A stretch of 64,000 bases of DNA from an uncultured Gemmatimonadaceae bacterium (GCA_963781585.1 CAWAGQ010000007.1:352001-416000), one strand, 5' to 3'. Shown: positions 1 through 10,121, counted from the stretch's first letter. Made by a program: numbers and translations. Notes: generated by a model not told the origin, from the letters alone.

Positions 1-327
1 ACGCTTGGGCTGGAACCCAAGACTTTTTCGCTGGCGCCGTGCGCGGAGCGGGAGGTGACGCTGGTCGTCAGGGCACGCGGCACCGAGAAGGGCGACTCCG
101 CCACCGGGAGTGTGCTCGACGTCGCCGGCGCCGAGGTCTCGCGGACGCCTGGCGACACGACGTCGGCCAATCAGCCGCGCACGCCGCCGGACGTGGACAG
201 CTGCCTGGTGGCGACCGCCGATCTCCGACTGGTGGGATGCGACCATCGGCCGCTTCGTATCGCGATCGCCATCCTGCCCCGCGACTGCGATCCATTCCGG
301 GTGGGCTGTGGCTGCAATTGCTGCTGA
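1..327 (+). CDS. Hypothetical protein, C-terminal part (starts before the window), with an Ig-like strand pattern and a Cys-rich tail
   Basis: Frame 1 is open from base 1 (TLGLEPKTFSLAPCAEREVTLVV...) to TGA at 327; ends DCDPFRVGCGCNCC; co-oriented with the PKS operon. Confidence 0.65.
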   Translation, partial: TLGLEPKTFSLAPCAEREVTLVVRARGTEKGDSATGSVLDVAGAEVSRTPGDTTSANQPRTPPDVDSCLVATADLRLVGCDHRPLRIAIAILPRDCDPFRVGCGCNCC

Positions 328-358
328 CCGCGACGGCGCCGATCGGGCAGCCGATCAG

Positions 359-1339
359 ATGGCGTGGGCCGCGGAGTGGTCCACGTGGTACACGCAATAC
401 CTGAGACGCGCCGCCGAACAATCGGAACGCACGCTCGATCTGTATCAGCGGGTCATCGATTGCGTGTCACGCGGAGAGCTGGCACCCAGCGCGCACCAGG
501 ACCGTCTCAACGCGTTCTACAAGACTCGCGGCGCCACGTACGGTGCGAAGCTCTCGGATCTCACGCTGCGCTTTTTCGGCGGCGTGGTGCAGAGCTCCAC
601 CTCCTACTCCAGAGAAATGTCGGAGGTGGTCACTCCGAACGCGGCGCCGCCACCCCCCCTGCCGAGGCTGGACCCCGCCGATCCCGCAAGGTGGTTTCAG
701 CAACTCGCGGACTACGGCCGCGACCTGAGCGCGAATGCTGCCACAGCGTATCAGGCGTTCCTGGATCGGGTGGCCGCTGGCGAAGTGGCGCCGCGCGAGG
801 TGCAGCTGGCTGCGGCCAGTTTCTTCGAGCGGCGCGTCCCGGAATTCCTGCATGACCTGGGCGGCCGGTATTTCGAGCTGCTGAACGGCCTCAACGATAT
901 TCGGAGCGCCGGCGAGCAGGAGTTCCTGGCCGACCTGCTCGCCACCGCCGGTCGCGACGGGCGGGAGCCCACCCTGGCGCTGACCCTGGTCGGGCCGCTG
1001 GGAACATCCTGTACGGCGACGATCTCGCTCGCCAATACCCGGGACGAGCCCGCCCTCATTCGCTGCAGCGTGACCGACGTGCGGCGCATCGATGGCGTGG
1101 GCCCCGCGTTCATTCCACGCATCGATATCACCCCAGACCGTCTGGATCTGGCGCCCGGAGAGGAAGCCAGCCTGTCGGTCGTCGTCAGGCTCGACGAGGA
1201 CGACTACGACCCGGACGTGCCGTATGTCGGCGCCGTCTACATCACCGGTCACGGCGAGCCCCGTCTCGAGGTGCCGCTCCGGATCACCGCCACGCAGCCC
1301 GTCCAGACCGCGACGTCGGCGGACGAGCACGCGATGTAG
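359..1339 (+). CDS. Hypothetical protein with helical N-terminus and C-terminal Ig-like domain
   Basis: ATG at 359 (GTG at 308 possible) inside ORF 110..1339; C-terminal pattern ISLANTRDEP...ITPDRLDLAPGEEASLSVVV...YVGAVYITG; ends 8 bp before the PKS start. Confidence 0.7.
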   Translation: MAWAAEWSTWYTQYLRRAAEQSERTLDLYQRVIDCVSRGELAPSAHQDRLNAFYKTRGATYGAKLSDLTLRFFGGVVQSSTSYSREMSEVVTPNAAPPPPLPRLDPADPARWFQQLADYGRDLSANAATAYQAFLDRVAAGEVAPREVQLAAASFFERRVPEFLHDLGGRYFELLNGLNDIRSAGEQEFLADLLATAGRDGREPTLALTLVGPLGTSCTATISLANTRDEPALIRCSVTDVRRIDGVGPAFIPRIDITPDRLDLAPGEEASLSVVVRLDEDDYDPDVPYVGAVYITGHGEPRLEVPLRITATQPVQTATSADEHAM

Positions 1340-1347
1340 GAGCTGGG

Positions 1348-4300
1348 ATGAGCCGGGGGAACGGCGCCCACGCGCCACCAGCGTTCGAACCGATCGCCAT
1401 CATCGGCATGCGCGGCCGCTTTCCGGGCGCCGGCGATCTCGATCAGTACTGGGTCAACCTGGCGAACGGCGTCGAGTCCATCACCGTCCTCACCCACGAA
1501 GACATGCGCGCCGCCGGCGTGCCCGACGATATCATCGGTCTGCCCGGCTACGTCAACGCGTCGCCGATGCTCGACGCGGTCGATGAGTTCGATGCCGAGT
1601 TTTTCGGCTTCTCGGCCCGCGACGCCTCGCTCACCGACCCGCAGCACCGGTTGTTTCTGGAGACCACCTGGGAAGCCCTGGAAGACGCGGGATACGATCC
1701 GGCGGCCTACCCGGGGGCGATCGGCGTGTTCGGCGGCTGTGAGCTCAGCAGCTACCTGTACCAGCTCTATCTGCACCGGGAGTCGTTAGGCTATCTCGAC
1801 GGCATGCAGCTGATGGTCACCAACGACAAGGACCATCTCTGCACTCAGGTATCGTACCGCCTCAATCTCCGCGGGCCCAGCGTCGACGTGCAGACCACGT
1901 GTTCGACCTCCCTGGTCGCGGTCTCCCTGGCCTGCGAGAGCCTGCAGGCCGGGCGGTGCGACATGGCGCTCGCCGGGGGCGTCACGGTCCGGGTGCCGCA
2001 GCACGGCGGATACCTGTATACGCCCGGTTCGATTCTCTCCCCCGACGGACACTGCCGGCCGTTCGACGCCGAGGCACAGGGGACGATCGTGGGCAGCGGC
2101 GTCGGTATCGTGGTCCTGAAGCGACTCGAACAGGCCTTGGCCGATCACGACAACGTCCGCGCCGTCATTCTCGGGACGGGCCTGAACAACGACGGGAGCG
2201 ACAAGGCCGGGTATACGGCGCCGAGCTTCCGCGGTCAAGCGGGCGCGATCCGGACCGCCCAGGCCATGGCGCGGGTGCCGGCGGACTCGATCGGCTACGT
2301 GGAGGCCCACGGAACGGGCACCATCCTCGGCGATCCGATCGAGCTGTCCGCGCTGATCGAGGTCTTCCGCGAACAGACCGACCGGCGCGGCTTCTGCGGA
2401 ATCGGTTCCGCGAAATCGAACTTCGGTCACCTCTCGTGCGCGGCCGGAGTAGCGGGGCTGATCAAGACCGTCCTGGTGCTGGAGCACGGCGCCATTCCGC
2501 CAACGGTGCACTACACGGCGCCAAATCCGGCGATCGACCTCGCCGCCAGTCCGTTCTACGTCACGACCCGGCTCCGAAAGTGGGAGCGTAATGGATCACC
2601 ACGCCGCGCCGGCGTGAGCTCGTTCGGAGTGGGCGGTACGAACGCACACCTGGTCCTCGAGGAAGCACCGTCCCGCATCACGCCGGAAGCACAAAGCCGG
2701 CACCGGCTGCTCACCATTTCGGCGCGCACCAGGGACGGGCTGGATGCCGCGACGCGCAACCTCGCGTCACACGTCATCGCACATCCGGACCTCGACCTGG
2801 CGGACGCCGCCTTCACGCTGCACGTCGGTCGGCGGCCGTTCAAACATCGCCGCGTGCTGGTGGCGCGTGCCGACGACCGGCCGGGCCTCATCGCGGCGCT
2901 CGAGGATCCGTCGCGTCTGGGTGAGGGTGTGGCCGGCGCCGCACCGCCGGTGGTGTTCATGTTTCCCGGCCAGGGGTCCCAGTATCCGGGGATGGCGGCT
3001 GGATTGTATCACAGCGAGCCGGTCGTGCGTCGCGCGGTCGACTACTGTGCGCGCGTGCTCAAGCCGGAGCTGGGTGGCGATCTGAGACGCCTGCTCTTCC
3101 CGGCGCCGCGGCGCCGGAAGAGCGCGGCCGCGGAGCTCACCGACACGCGGTGGGCACAGCCGGCGCTCTTCACGGTGGAGTACGCCCTCGCACAACTGTG
3201 GAAATCGTGGGGAATCCCCCCGGCCGCGATGGTCGGGCACAGTGTGGGCGAGTATGTGGCGGCCACGCTCGCAGGAGTGATGACGCTGGAGGACGCGCTG
3301 GCGCTGATTGCGCGCCGCGGACAGCTCATCTCGTCGATGCCGCGCGGGTCCATGCTCGGCGTCATGGCTCCAGCGGCGACGCTCGAGCGTTTCGTGGACC
3401 ATGATATCTCGATCGCCGCGGTCAACGCTCCGTCGTACTCCGTGCTCTCCGGGCCGCATGAGGCGATCGATCGCGTGGAGGCCGCGCTCCTCAGCGAGAA
3501 CGTCGCGGCCCGGCGGCTGAAGACGTCGCACGCCTTCCACTCGGCGATGATGGAGCCGATTCTCGGCGAGTTCGAGAGCGCGGTGGCGGGGGTTCGTCTC
3601 TCCGCGCCGGCCATTCCGTTCGTTGCCACGCTGACCGGTCAATGGGCGGACGGTCCGGTGACGCAACCGGGCTACTGGAGCGGTCAGCTGCGGTCCACCG
3701 TCCGGTTCGCCGACGCGCTGCGCGCGCTCACCTCCGCCGGGAGTCCGATCGGCAAGGATCCGGTGCTGCTGGAGGTGGGTCCGGGTCGCACGCTGGTGAC
3801 CTTCGCGGCGCAATCCGCCATCAGCGACGGCCGGCCGGCCACGTGCCTGACGTCGGTGCCGGGATATGACGATGACCGGCCGGACACCGAGGTGATGCTC
3901 GGCGCGCTGGGGGAACTGTGGCTGCGCGGAGCGCCGGTCGACTGGCGTGCGTTTCACGAGCATGAGCCCCGGAAACGCGTCACGTTGCCGACGTACCCGT
4001 TCGAGCGGCGCAGCTACTGGATCGGTCCCCGGCCCGAGCGGGTGGCCACCGCGGTCCAGCCCCGCGATACGTCATCCTGGTTCCACCGGCCGGTCTGGCG
4101 TGAGGCGCCACGGGACGACGCGACCCTGGCGACGCTCGATGACCGGCGCATCCTGGTGTTCGACGAGGAATCCGGCGTCGGCGCCGCGGTGATCGGGCGC
4201 CTGCGGGCGGCCGGCGCCCGACCGCTTGTCGTTAGGCGTGGGCCGGCCTTCTCGCGCACCAACGAGGGATCCTGGACGATCGATCCCGCGCAGCCCGACG

Positions 4301-6687
4301 ACTTCCGGCGACTGGCCGCCGAGGTTTGCGCGGCCGACGATCGTCTGGCCGGTGTAGTGGATTGCTGGAGCGCCGAGCCGCCGGGGCGCACTGACCTCGA
4401 CGCCGCCGGTGTGGTGACGCTGCTCGCCCCAATGCGGCTCGCGCTCGCGCTCAGCAGCCAGCCCACCGTGCGTCCGCTGCCGATGCTGCTGGTGGCGCGC
4501 GGGGCCACCCGGGTCGATCCCGACGACGTGATCGACCCGCCGAGAGCGCTGGGAATCGGACCGGCGAAAGTCGTGCCGCAGGAGCACCCCGGACTCCGAC
4601 TGGCGCACCTCGACGTCGATGCCCACCCCGCGGTCGCCGATCAGATTCTCGCCGAGCTGGCAGCGGGCGCGTCCGAGCCGGCGGTGGCCCTGCGCGCGGG
4701 ACGCCGCTTCGTCGAAGCGTACGATCCGGTCGTGATCGAAGAGGCTCGTGCGCCGATTGCGCTGCCGGAACGCCCCGTGGTCATGATGACCGGCGGACTT
4801 GGCCACATCGGCCTGAGTCTGGCCGAAATCATGCACGCCCGGATGGGAGCGCGCCTGGCGTTGATCGGACGATCGCCACTGCCGTCGCCTGACAGGTGGA
4901 AGGCGAAGAGCGAGGACCCTTCCACACCGTTCGCCCAGCGAGATGTACTCCGACGCCTCGCGCGGCTCCGGTCCGAACGCGATGACCTGATCGTGCTGAG
5001 CGCCGACCTGAATGACCGCCAGCAACTTGTGGCGGCGGTGGATGCGGCCGTGGCGCACTTCGGGCAGATCGATCTCGTCGTGCACGGCGCGGGCCGCATC
5101 GACGCGGCGGCCTTCGGCGCGGTCGCCGATACCGGTCCCAGCGTCATGAATGCGCAGTTCTCGCCGAAGTTGCGCGGGTTGTACCAGCTCATGGAGGCGA
5201 TGCAGGGGCGCGAGCCAGGCCGGTGGATCCTGCATTCGAGTATCTCGACCGTACTCGGCGGACTCGGCCTCGCCGCGTACACCGGCGTCAATGCCGTGCT
5301 CGACGCGATCGCGATCGCGGGCGGCGATCGCTGGCTCAGCATCGACTGGGACGCGTGGGACAACGCCGCCGAGGCGCAGGTGGAAGGGATGCCCGTCGCC
5401 ATCCACCCTCCCGAGGGGCGCGACGCCTTTCTGCGACTGCTCGGCGCCGAGATCGGCCCTCGCGCAATCGTGGTCGTCAACGACCTCGAAGCTCGCGTCC
5501 GCGACTGGATCCGTCACGCCGATGGCGCGGCGAAGAACACTGCCGGCGCGGTACGCCATCCACGCCCGAACCTGTCGGTTCCATTCGAGGAACCGCGTAC
5601 CGAAACGGAGCGCAGGCTCGCCGAAATCTGGGGCGAGCAGCTCGGCGTGGCACCGGTGGGAGTGCACGATCGCTTCCTGGACCTCGGCGGCCATTCGCTG
5701 CTGGCGGTACAGGTCGCGTCCGAGATCCGCGACCAGTTCCAGATCGAAATGCCGGTGCTGCGGCTCTTCCAGGCGCCCACCGTGGGGCAACTGGCCACCA
5801 TCATCGAGCAGCTGCAGACGTCAGGCGGTTCCAACGTAAACGCGGCGGGGACGGCCGCGGCCAGGCCCGCCGCTGCGATTCCACTGCCAGCGACGCCCGT
5901 CCTCAAGGGCGACTCCCCGGCAAGTGCGGCCAAGGCCAGCTACCGCGAGTTCTACGACGACATCACGCGTCGCCTCGAACGTGCGGGCGTGGGGGCGGCG
6001 TCGTTCTTCCTCAACTATGGATACGTCAGTCTCGGCGACGGTGACGAAGCCCGGTTCGCGGTGCCCGACGGAGTCTTCAACGCGAGCTCCGTACGGCTGG
6101 CGTTCGAGCTGATCGGCGGCATCGACCTCGAAGGGCGACGCGTTCTGGACGTGGGGTCGGGGCGAGGGGGAACCGTCGCCCTCCTCGCCGACCGGTTCGG
6201 CGCGGACGGTACCGGCGTCGATCTCTCACCGGAAGCGGTCGCCTTCTGCCGGCGTACTCACCAGCAGCCTAACGTCCGGTTCGAGGTCGGTGATGCCGAA
6301 CACCTCCCCGTTGCCGATCAGTCGTTCGATGTCGTCACGAACATCGAGTCCTCGCACACCTATCCGAACCTTCGCGCGTTCTTCGTCGAAGTGCGGCGCG
6401 CGTTGGTGTCGGGGGGTTGGTTCCTCTATACGGACCTGCTTCCCGTGCAGCGCTGGGCCGAGGTCCATGTGCTGCTCACGTCGCTCGGCTTCACGCTGGC
6501 GACGGATCGGCACATCACGCCGAACGTGCTCGCCTCGTGCGATGCGGTGGCGGCTACCCGGGCACAGGCGTTCGGTGAGGAGAGCGTCCTGATGGACAAC
6601 TTCCTCGCCGTCCCCGGTTCGACCATCTACGAGCAGATGCACTCCGGCGCCTGGGAGTATCGCATCCTCCGAGCCCGTCGCGCGTGA
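1348..6687 (+). CDS. Type I polyketide synthase, KS-AT-KR-ACP-methyltransferase
   Basis: KS motifs VQTTCSTS, EAHGTGT, KSNFGH; AT motifs GHSVG and HAFH; KR motifs TGGLGHIG and SS...GLAAY; carrier motif LGGHSL; SAM motif VLDVGSGRGG. Confidence 0.95.
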   Translation: MSRGNGAHAPPAFEPIAIIGMRGRFPGAGDLDQYWVNLANGVESITVLTHEDMRAAGVPDDIIGLPGYVNASPMLDAVDEFDAEFFGFSARDASLTDPQHRLFLETTWEALEDAGYDPAAYPGAIGVFGGCELSSYLYQLYLHRESLGYLDGMQLMVTNDKDHLCTQVSYRLNLRGPSVDVQTTCSTSLVAVSLACESLQAGRCDMALAGGVTVRVPQHGGYLYTPGSILSPDGHCRPFDAEAQGTIVGSGVGIVVLKRLEQALADHDNVRAVILGTGLNNDGSDKAGYTAPSFRGQAGAIRTAQAMARVPADSIGYVEAHGTGTILGDPIELSALIEVFREQTDRRGFCGIGSAKSNFGHLSCAAGVAGLIKTVLVLEHGAIPPTVHYTAPNPAIDLAASPFYVTTRLRKWERNGSPRRAGVSSFGVGGTNAHLVLEEAPSRITPEAQSRHRLLTISARTRDGLDAATRNLASHVIAHPDLDLADAAFTLHVGRRPFKHRRVLVARADDRPGLIAALEDPSRLGEGVAGAAPPVVFMFPGQGSQYPGMAAGLYHSEPVVRRAVDYCARVLKPELGGDLRRLLFPAPRRRKSAAAELTDTRWAQPALFTVEYALAQLWKSWGIPPAAMVGHSVGEYVAATLAGVMTLEDALALIARRGQLISSMPRGSMLGVMAPAATLERFVDHDISIAAVNAPSYSVLSGPHEAIDRVEAALLSENVAARRLKTSHAFHSAMMEPILGEFESAVAGVRLSAPAIPFVATLTGQWADGPVTQPGYWSGQLRSTVRFADALRALTSAGSPIGKDPVLLEVGPGRTLVTFAAQSAISDGRPATCLTSVPGYDDDRPDTEVMLGALGELWLRGAPVDWRAFHEHEPRKRVTLPTYPFERRSYWIGPRPERVATAVQPRDTSSWFHRPVWREAPRDDATLATLDDRRILVFDEESGVGAAVIGRLRAAGARPLVVRRGPAFSRTNEGSWTIDPAQPDDFRRLAAEVCAADDRLAGVVDCWSAEPPGRTDLDAAGVVTLLAPMRLALALSSQPTVRPLPMLLVARGATRVDPDDVIDPPRALGIGPAKVVPQEHPGLRLAHLDVDAHPAVADQILAELAAGASEPAVALRAGRRFVEAYDPVVIEEARAPIALPERPVVMMTGGLGHIGLSLAEIMHARMGARLALIGRSPLPSPDRWKAKSEDPSTPFAQRDVLRRLARLRSERDDLIVLSADLNDRQQLVAAVDAAVAHFGQIDLVVHGAGRIDAAAFGAVADTGPSVMNAQFSPKLRGLYQLMEAMQGREPGRWILHSSISTVLGGLGLAAYTGVNAVLDAIAIAGGDRWLSIDWDAWDNAAEAQVEGMPVAIHPPEGRDAFLRLLGAEIGPRAIVVVNDLEARVRDWIRHADGAAKNTAGAVRHPRPNLSVPFEEPRTETERRLAEIWGEQLGVAPVGVHDRFLDLGGHSLLAVQVASEIRDQFQIEMPVLRLFQAPTVGQLATIIEQLQTSGGSNVNAAGTAAARPAAAIPLPATPVLKGDSPASAAKASYREFYDDITRRLERAGVGAASFFLNYGYVSLGDGDEARFAVPDGVFNASSVRLAFELIGGIDLEGRRVLDVGSGRGGTVALLADRFGADGTGVDLSPEAVAFCRRTHQQPNVRFEVGDAEHLPVADQSFDVVTNIESSHTYPNLRAFFVEVRRALVSGGWFLYTDLLPVQRWAEVHVLLTSLGFTLATDRHITPNVLASCDAVAATRAQAFGEESVLMDNFLAVPGSTIYEQMHSGAWEYRILRARRA

Positions 6688-7265
6688 TCGCCGTCTCGGC
6701 ATGGCTGATTGCGGTGCGTGGAGGGGCGGGCACCGATCGGGGACTGCTCGAGCTGCTCACCATGGCCGAACGTGAAACAGTTTTGCGCCTGGGCTTCGCC
6801 GCCGATCGGGATCGTGCCGTGACGGCGCGCGCGGCGGCCCGGCTCGAACTCGGTCGGCGGCTCGGCGTGCCGCCCGCGTGTGTTCCTCTCGTGAGGCAGG
6901 CGGGGGGCAAGCCGTTCGTCGACGGCCTGGGACTCGGCGTCAGCTGGTCACACAGTGGCTCCTGGATCGCGCTGGCTCTGGCGGAAGACCGGGCGGTAGG
7001 CGTGGACATCGAGCGAATTCCCGAACGTGTGCCGATCGACGCGCTCGTCAGGTTCGGCGTGACCTCGCTGGCGGACTTCGTGGCCCGTGAGGCAGCCGGC
7101 AAGGTGACGGGCCAGGGGCTGGTCGGGGACTCGCCACCCGGAGTGCGGGCCCAGGTACTCCACGCGCCCGCTGGATACCTGGCTGCCGTCGCGGCGCCGG
7201 GCGCCGACTGGTGCGTCCATGCGGCAGCGCCGATCACCACCGGCGTTCGCGCAGCCCTGGCATAG
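6684..7265 (+). CDS. 4'-phosphopantetheinyl transferase (Sfp-like, short)
   Basis: GKP, SWSHSG and VGVDIE motifs; EAAGK in place of KEA; GTGA overlap with the PKS stop. Confidence 0.85.
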   Translation: MIAVSAWLIAVRGGAGTDRGLLELLTMAERETVLRLGFAADRDRAVTARAAARLELGRRLGVPPACVPLVRQAGGKPFVDGLGLGVSWSHSGSWIALALAEDRAVGVDIERIPERVPIDALVRFGVTSLADFVAREAAGKVTGQGLVGDSPPGVRAQVLHAPAGYLAAVAAPGADWCVHAAAPITTGVRAALA

Positions 7266-7495
7266 CGACTCTCACAGTCGTCGTCGCCATCGCGGACCGC
7301 GACCACGGCGGACGCTCGAGGCCGCATCACGCGCGGGACCCCCAAAGGAGATTTTCCTCTCGCAGTGTTACGTCATGTATCGCGACTTCCCATTGCGTGT
7401 TAGTCGCGCGACGCGCAGCACGCTACGTTTGGCACGCGGCGCTCAGCGTAACACCGCTGCTGCCGTGCTCGACCGCACGGCACGGACTCGAGGGC

Positions 7496-9529
7496 ATGAT
7501 GCCCACCCGTAGGAATGCCGTCCCTTTGCTCGCGCTGCTGGCTCTCGTTGGGCTCGGCGGGAGACGGGCGGGCGTTCCGCAGGCTGGCGCCCCTGTCACC
7601 ACACTCCGGGTTCAGGTCCGTCGCATCCCGCCAGTCGTCGGCAAGACGACGAAGGAGGCCATCGATTCGCTGTCGTGGACCCGTCTCGTGATCGTGCAGC
7701 GAGATACCGTCACGACGAGTGCTGTGGCCGGTCGCGTCGTGGCGCAGCGCCCGCCCGCCGGCACGCCTGTGAGCGCGGCGCGCGCCGAGACCCTGCTGGT
7801 CGCCACGCCGATGGCCTCCAGAACCGCGACCGTCACGCTCGCCAGCGCCGCCCTTGCCCGGGCGCGTGCGCTGGCGTCGGTCACGCCGCCGCCGACACGC
7901 AATCCGGATGATGTGGCGCACCCCGGCGCCAACGTCACGGTCACCGTACCAACCGACTCGCTCGCGATCACGGTCCCCGGCGTTCGGGTGCAGGATCGCA
8001 CCCGGGTGCCCGATCTCCACGGCGCTACGCCCGCGATGGTGGCGGGCGCCCTCAAGGAATTTCGACTCACTTCCGGCCCGGCGGTGCGCGACTTCTCCGA
8101 CGACGTTCCCGCGGGGCGAGTGTTCCAGCAGCGTCCGGCGGCGACCACGGAAGTGCCCACGTGGACCTCGGTCAGCGTCTGGTACTCGATCGGGCCGCAT
8201 CCGAGTGCCGACACGCTGACCATCCCGAGGGTGGTCGGACTCACACTGTCGCGTGCGGCAGACTCGCTGCAGCGTTCGCAGCTCGACGTTGGTCTGGTGG
8301 ACTCGATGCGCCAGGCGGGAGCGCGGGGGATCGTGGTGCACCAGCAGCCGGATGTGGGGTCGCCCGGGCACCGCGGCGACGCGGTGAATCTGTGGATCGC
8401 CGTCGGCGCTCCGACGGTCGCCGTTCCGGCGCTCATCGGCCTAACGAGGGCGGCCGCCGATGCCCGGCTGGACAACGCCGGTCTGGCGCTGGGGCGCATC
8501 ACGCTCGTCGCCCTGGTCGATCGGAAATCCGGCGTCGTCGCGCAGTCGCCGCCGGGCGGCACGCCGGTGGATTCGGGAGCCCTCGTGGATGTGGTGGAGA
8601 ACCGGCCGCCCGAGCCACGACAGGTGGCGGTCCCGGACCTCACCGGCCTCACGCCCCCGGCCGCCGAGCAGGCGCTCGAACGCGACAGTCTGTACCTGGG
8701 CCTGGTGCAGGAACCCCGCGCGTCGACACCCGGCACCGTGGTGTCGCAGACGCCGGAGGCGCGCACTCCGGTCTACCTGCACACCGCGGTCGACGTGGTG
8801 CTTGGCGCTCGCGACTCGACCATCGACCTGGTGGCGGTGCCACCGGTCGTCAACAAGACGGTCGAGTCCGCGCGCGGGCTGCTTCGCAACGCGGGCTTCA
8901 CCACCATTTCCATCCGGAGCGCGGGCGACACGGTGACCTCGTCGTCGCTGATCGAATCGCAGGTTCCCGTCGGAGGGACGCTGGTGCCGCCGGGCGCGCC
9001 GGTCGCGCTGGTGGCCGGGCCGCCCGCGGCGGCGGCGCCGCCCGTACCGGATCTGCGTGGCCTCGCTCGTGCCGATGCGGCAGCGTCCGCCGGCGTCAGC
9101 CTGCTCCAGATGGCGATCGATACCACCCTGCGACGGCTGCGTCTGCACGACATCGTCGTAAGGCAGCGTCCATCGGCCGGACCTCAGCGTCCGCCCGACA
9201 ACACGGTGCGGGTGGTGGTGGAGATCCCGTTCGTGCCTCCGGCACTGGCGGGGCTCGGACTCGGCCTCGCTGGCATCGGGGCCGCGATGATGCTGCGGCC
9301 CAGGCCGCCGCCTCCAAAGCCGCCGGCCGGCCACACGGACTCTGCGCCGCTCCCGGATGTCCACCTGCAGGAGCGTGTTCGGCGGGACCCGCCTGTCGTG
9401 GTCACCTCGGCGCACGGCTCGCTGGTTCGCGAGGCGCTGACCATGCGGTTCGCGCTCCAGTCCGGCCCGTGGAAAGTCGAGGCTGGAGCGACCTCTCTCG
9501 TGCGCTCGGAGACTCCTCGTCATGGCTGA
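7496..9529 (+). CDS. Multi-PASTA-domain exported/membrane protein
   Basis: N-terminal hydrophobic signal; about 7 repeats starting IPPVVG/VPDLHG/IPRVVG/VPALIG/VPDLTG/VPPVVN/VPDLRG, each with a V..Q.P motif; TM helix near the C-terminus. Confidence 0.85.
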   Translation: MMPTRRNAVPLLALLALVGLGGRRAGVPQAGAPVTTLRVQVRRIPPVVGKTTKEAIDSLSWTRLVIVQRDTVTTSAVAGRVVAQRPPAGTPVSAARAETLLVATPMASRTATVTLASAALARARALASVTPPPTRNPDDVAHPGANVTVTVPTDSLAITVPGVRVQDRTRVPDLHGATPAMVAGALKEFRLTSGPAVRDFSDDVPAGRVFQQRPAATTEVPTWTSVSVWYSIGPHPSADTLTIPRVVGLTLSRAADSLQRSQLDVGLVDSMRQAGARGIVVHQQPDVGSPGHRGDAVNLWIAVGAPTVAVPALIGLTRAAADARLDNAGLALGRITLVALVDRKSGVVAQSPPGGTPVDSGALVDVVENRPPEPRQVAVPDLTGLTPPAAEQALERDSLYLGLVQEPRASTPGTVVSQTPEARTPVYLHTAVDVVLGARDSTIDLVAVPPVVNKTVESARGLLRNAGFTTISIRSAGDTVTSSSLIESQVPVGGTLVPPGAPVALVAGPPAAAAPPVPDLRGLARADAAASAGVSLLQMAIDTTLRRLRLHDIVVRQRPSAGPQRPPDNTVRVVVEIPFVPPALAGLGLGLAGIGAAMMLRPRPPPPKPPAGHTDSAPLPDVHLQERVRRDPPVVVTSAHGSLVREALTMRFALQSGPWKVEAGATSLVRSETPRHG

Positions 9530-10121
9530 CGCTCCACTCACGATTTCGATGCTCGGCGGCCTCGAAACCGCGGCACAGGGGCTCCCGATCACCGCGGCAG
9601 ATCGGGAAAAACTCGCCGCCAGTCTGCGCGATCGGGCGCGGGAGTTCCGGGATCTGTCCCGTCACGACCTCGGCCAGCGGCTGCTGCAGTTCGTCGGGCA
9701 GTCGCTGCGAAAGCCGGTCGTGTCGGTGCTGGAGGAAGCATGGAGCCAGCGGCGGGAACTGCGAGCGCTGGCCGACAAGGGATCCGACCGCCGCGATGTG
9801 GAGTCGGAGGTTGCGCTCTACGAGCACACGATGTCCTGCGAGCTTCACCCGTCGGTGGAACTGCAACTCGACGGCGTGACGGTGGGCACCATGACATTCG
9901 ACATCGCCCTCCGCCTGGCGCTCGAGGGCGTGAAGCTGGTCATCCGGAATGCCCGCATCACCAGCATCAAAGCCGGCACACTCACGTCGACGCTTTCGCT
10001 GGAGTACGAGGGCATCGCCCTGATGCCGCCCAGGACACAGAAGGTCGAGCTCCCGGGAAGCGTGGACCTCCCCGCCGGCGGCATCAACCTCGGTGGATCG
10101 GCAGGGCGCGCGGCTTCCTGA
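9522..10121 (+). CDS. Hypothetical protein, partner of the PASTA protein
   Basis: 199-aa ORF overlapping the PASTA gene end by 8 bp; plausible composition. Confidence 0.7.
   Translation: MADAPLTISMLGGLETAAQGLPITAADREKLAASLRDRAREFRDLSRHDLGQRLLQFVGQSLRKPVVSVLEEAWSQRRELRALADKGSDRRDVESEVALYEHTMSCELHPSVELQLDGVTVGTMTFDIALRLALEGVKLVIRNARITSIKAGTLTSTLSLEYEGIALMPPRTQKVELPGSVDLPAGGINLGGSAGRAAS

Noticed and set aside
7430..7446. Sigma54 promoter (TGGCACG) upstream of the PASTA gene
   Set aside because: No -12 GC at the correct spacing.
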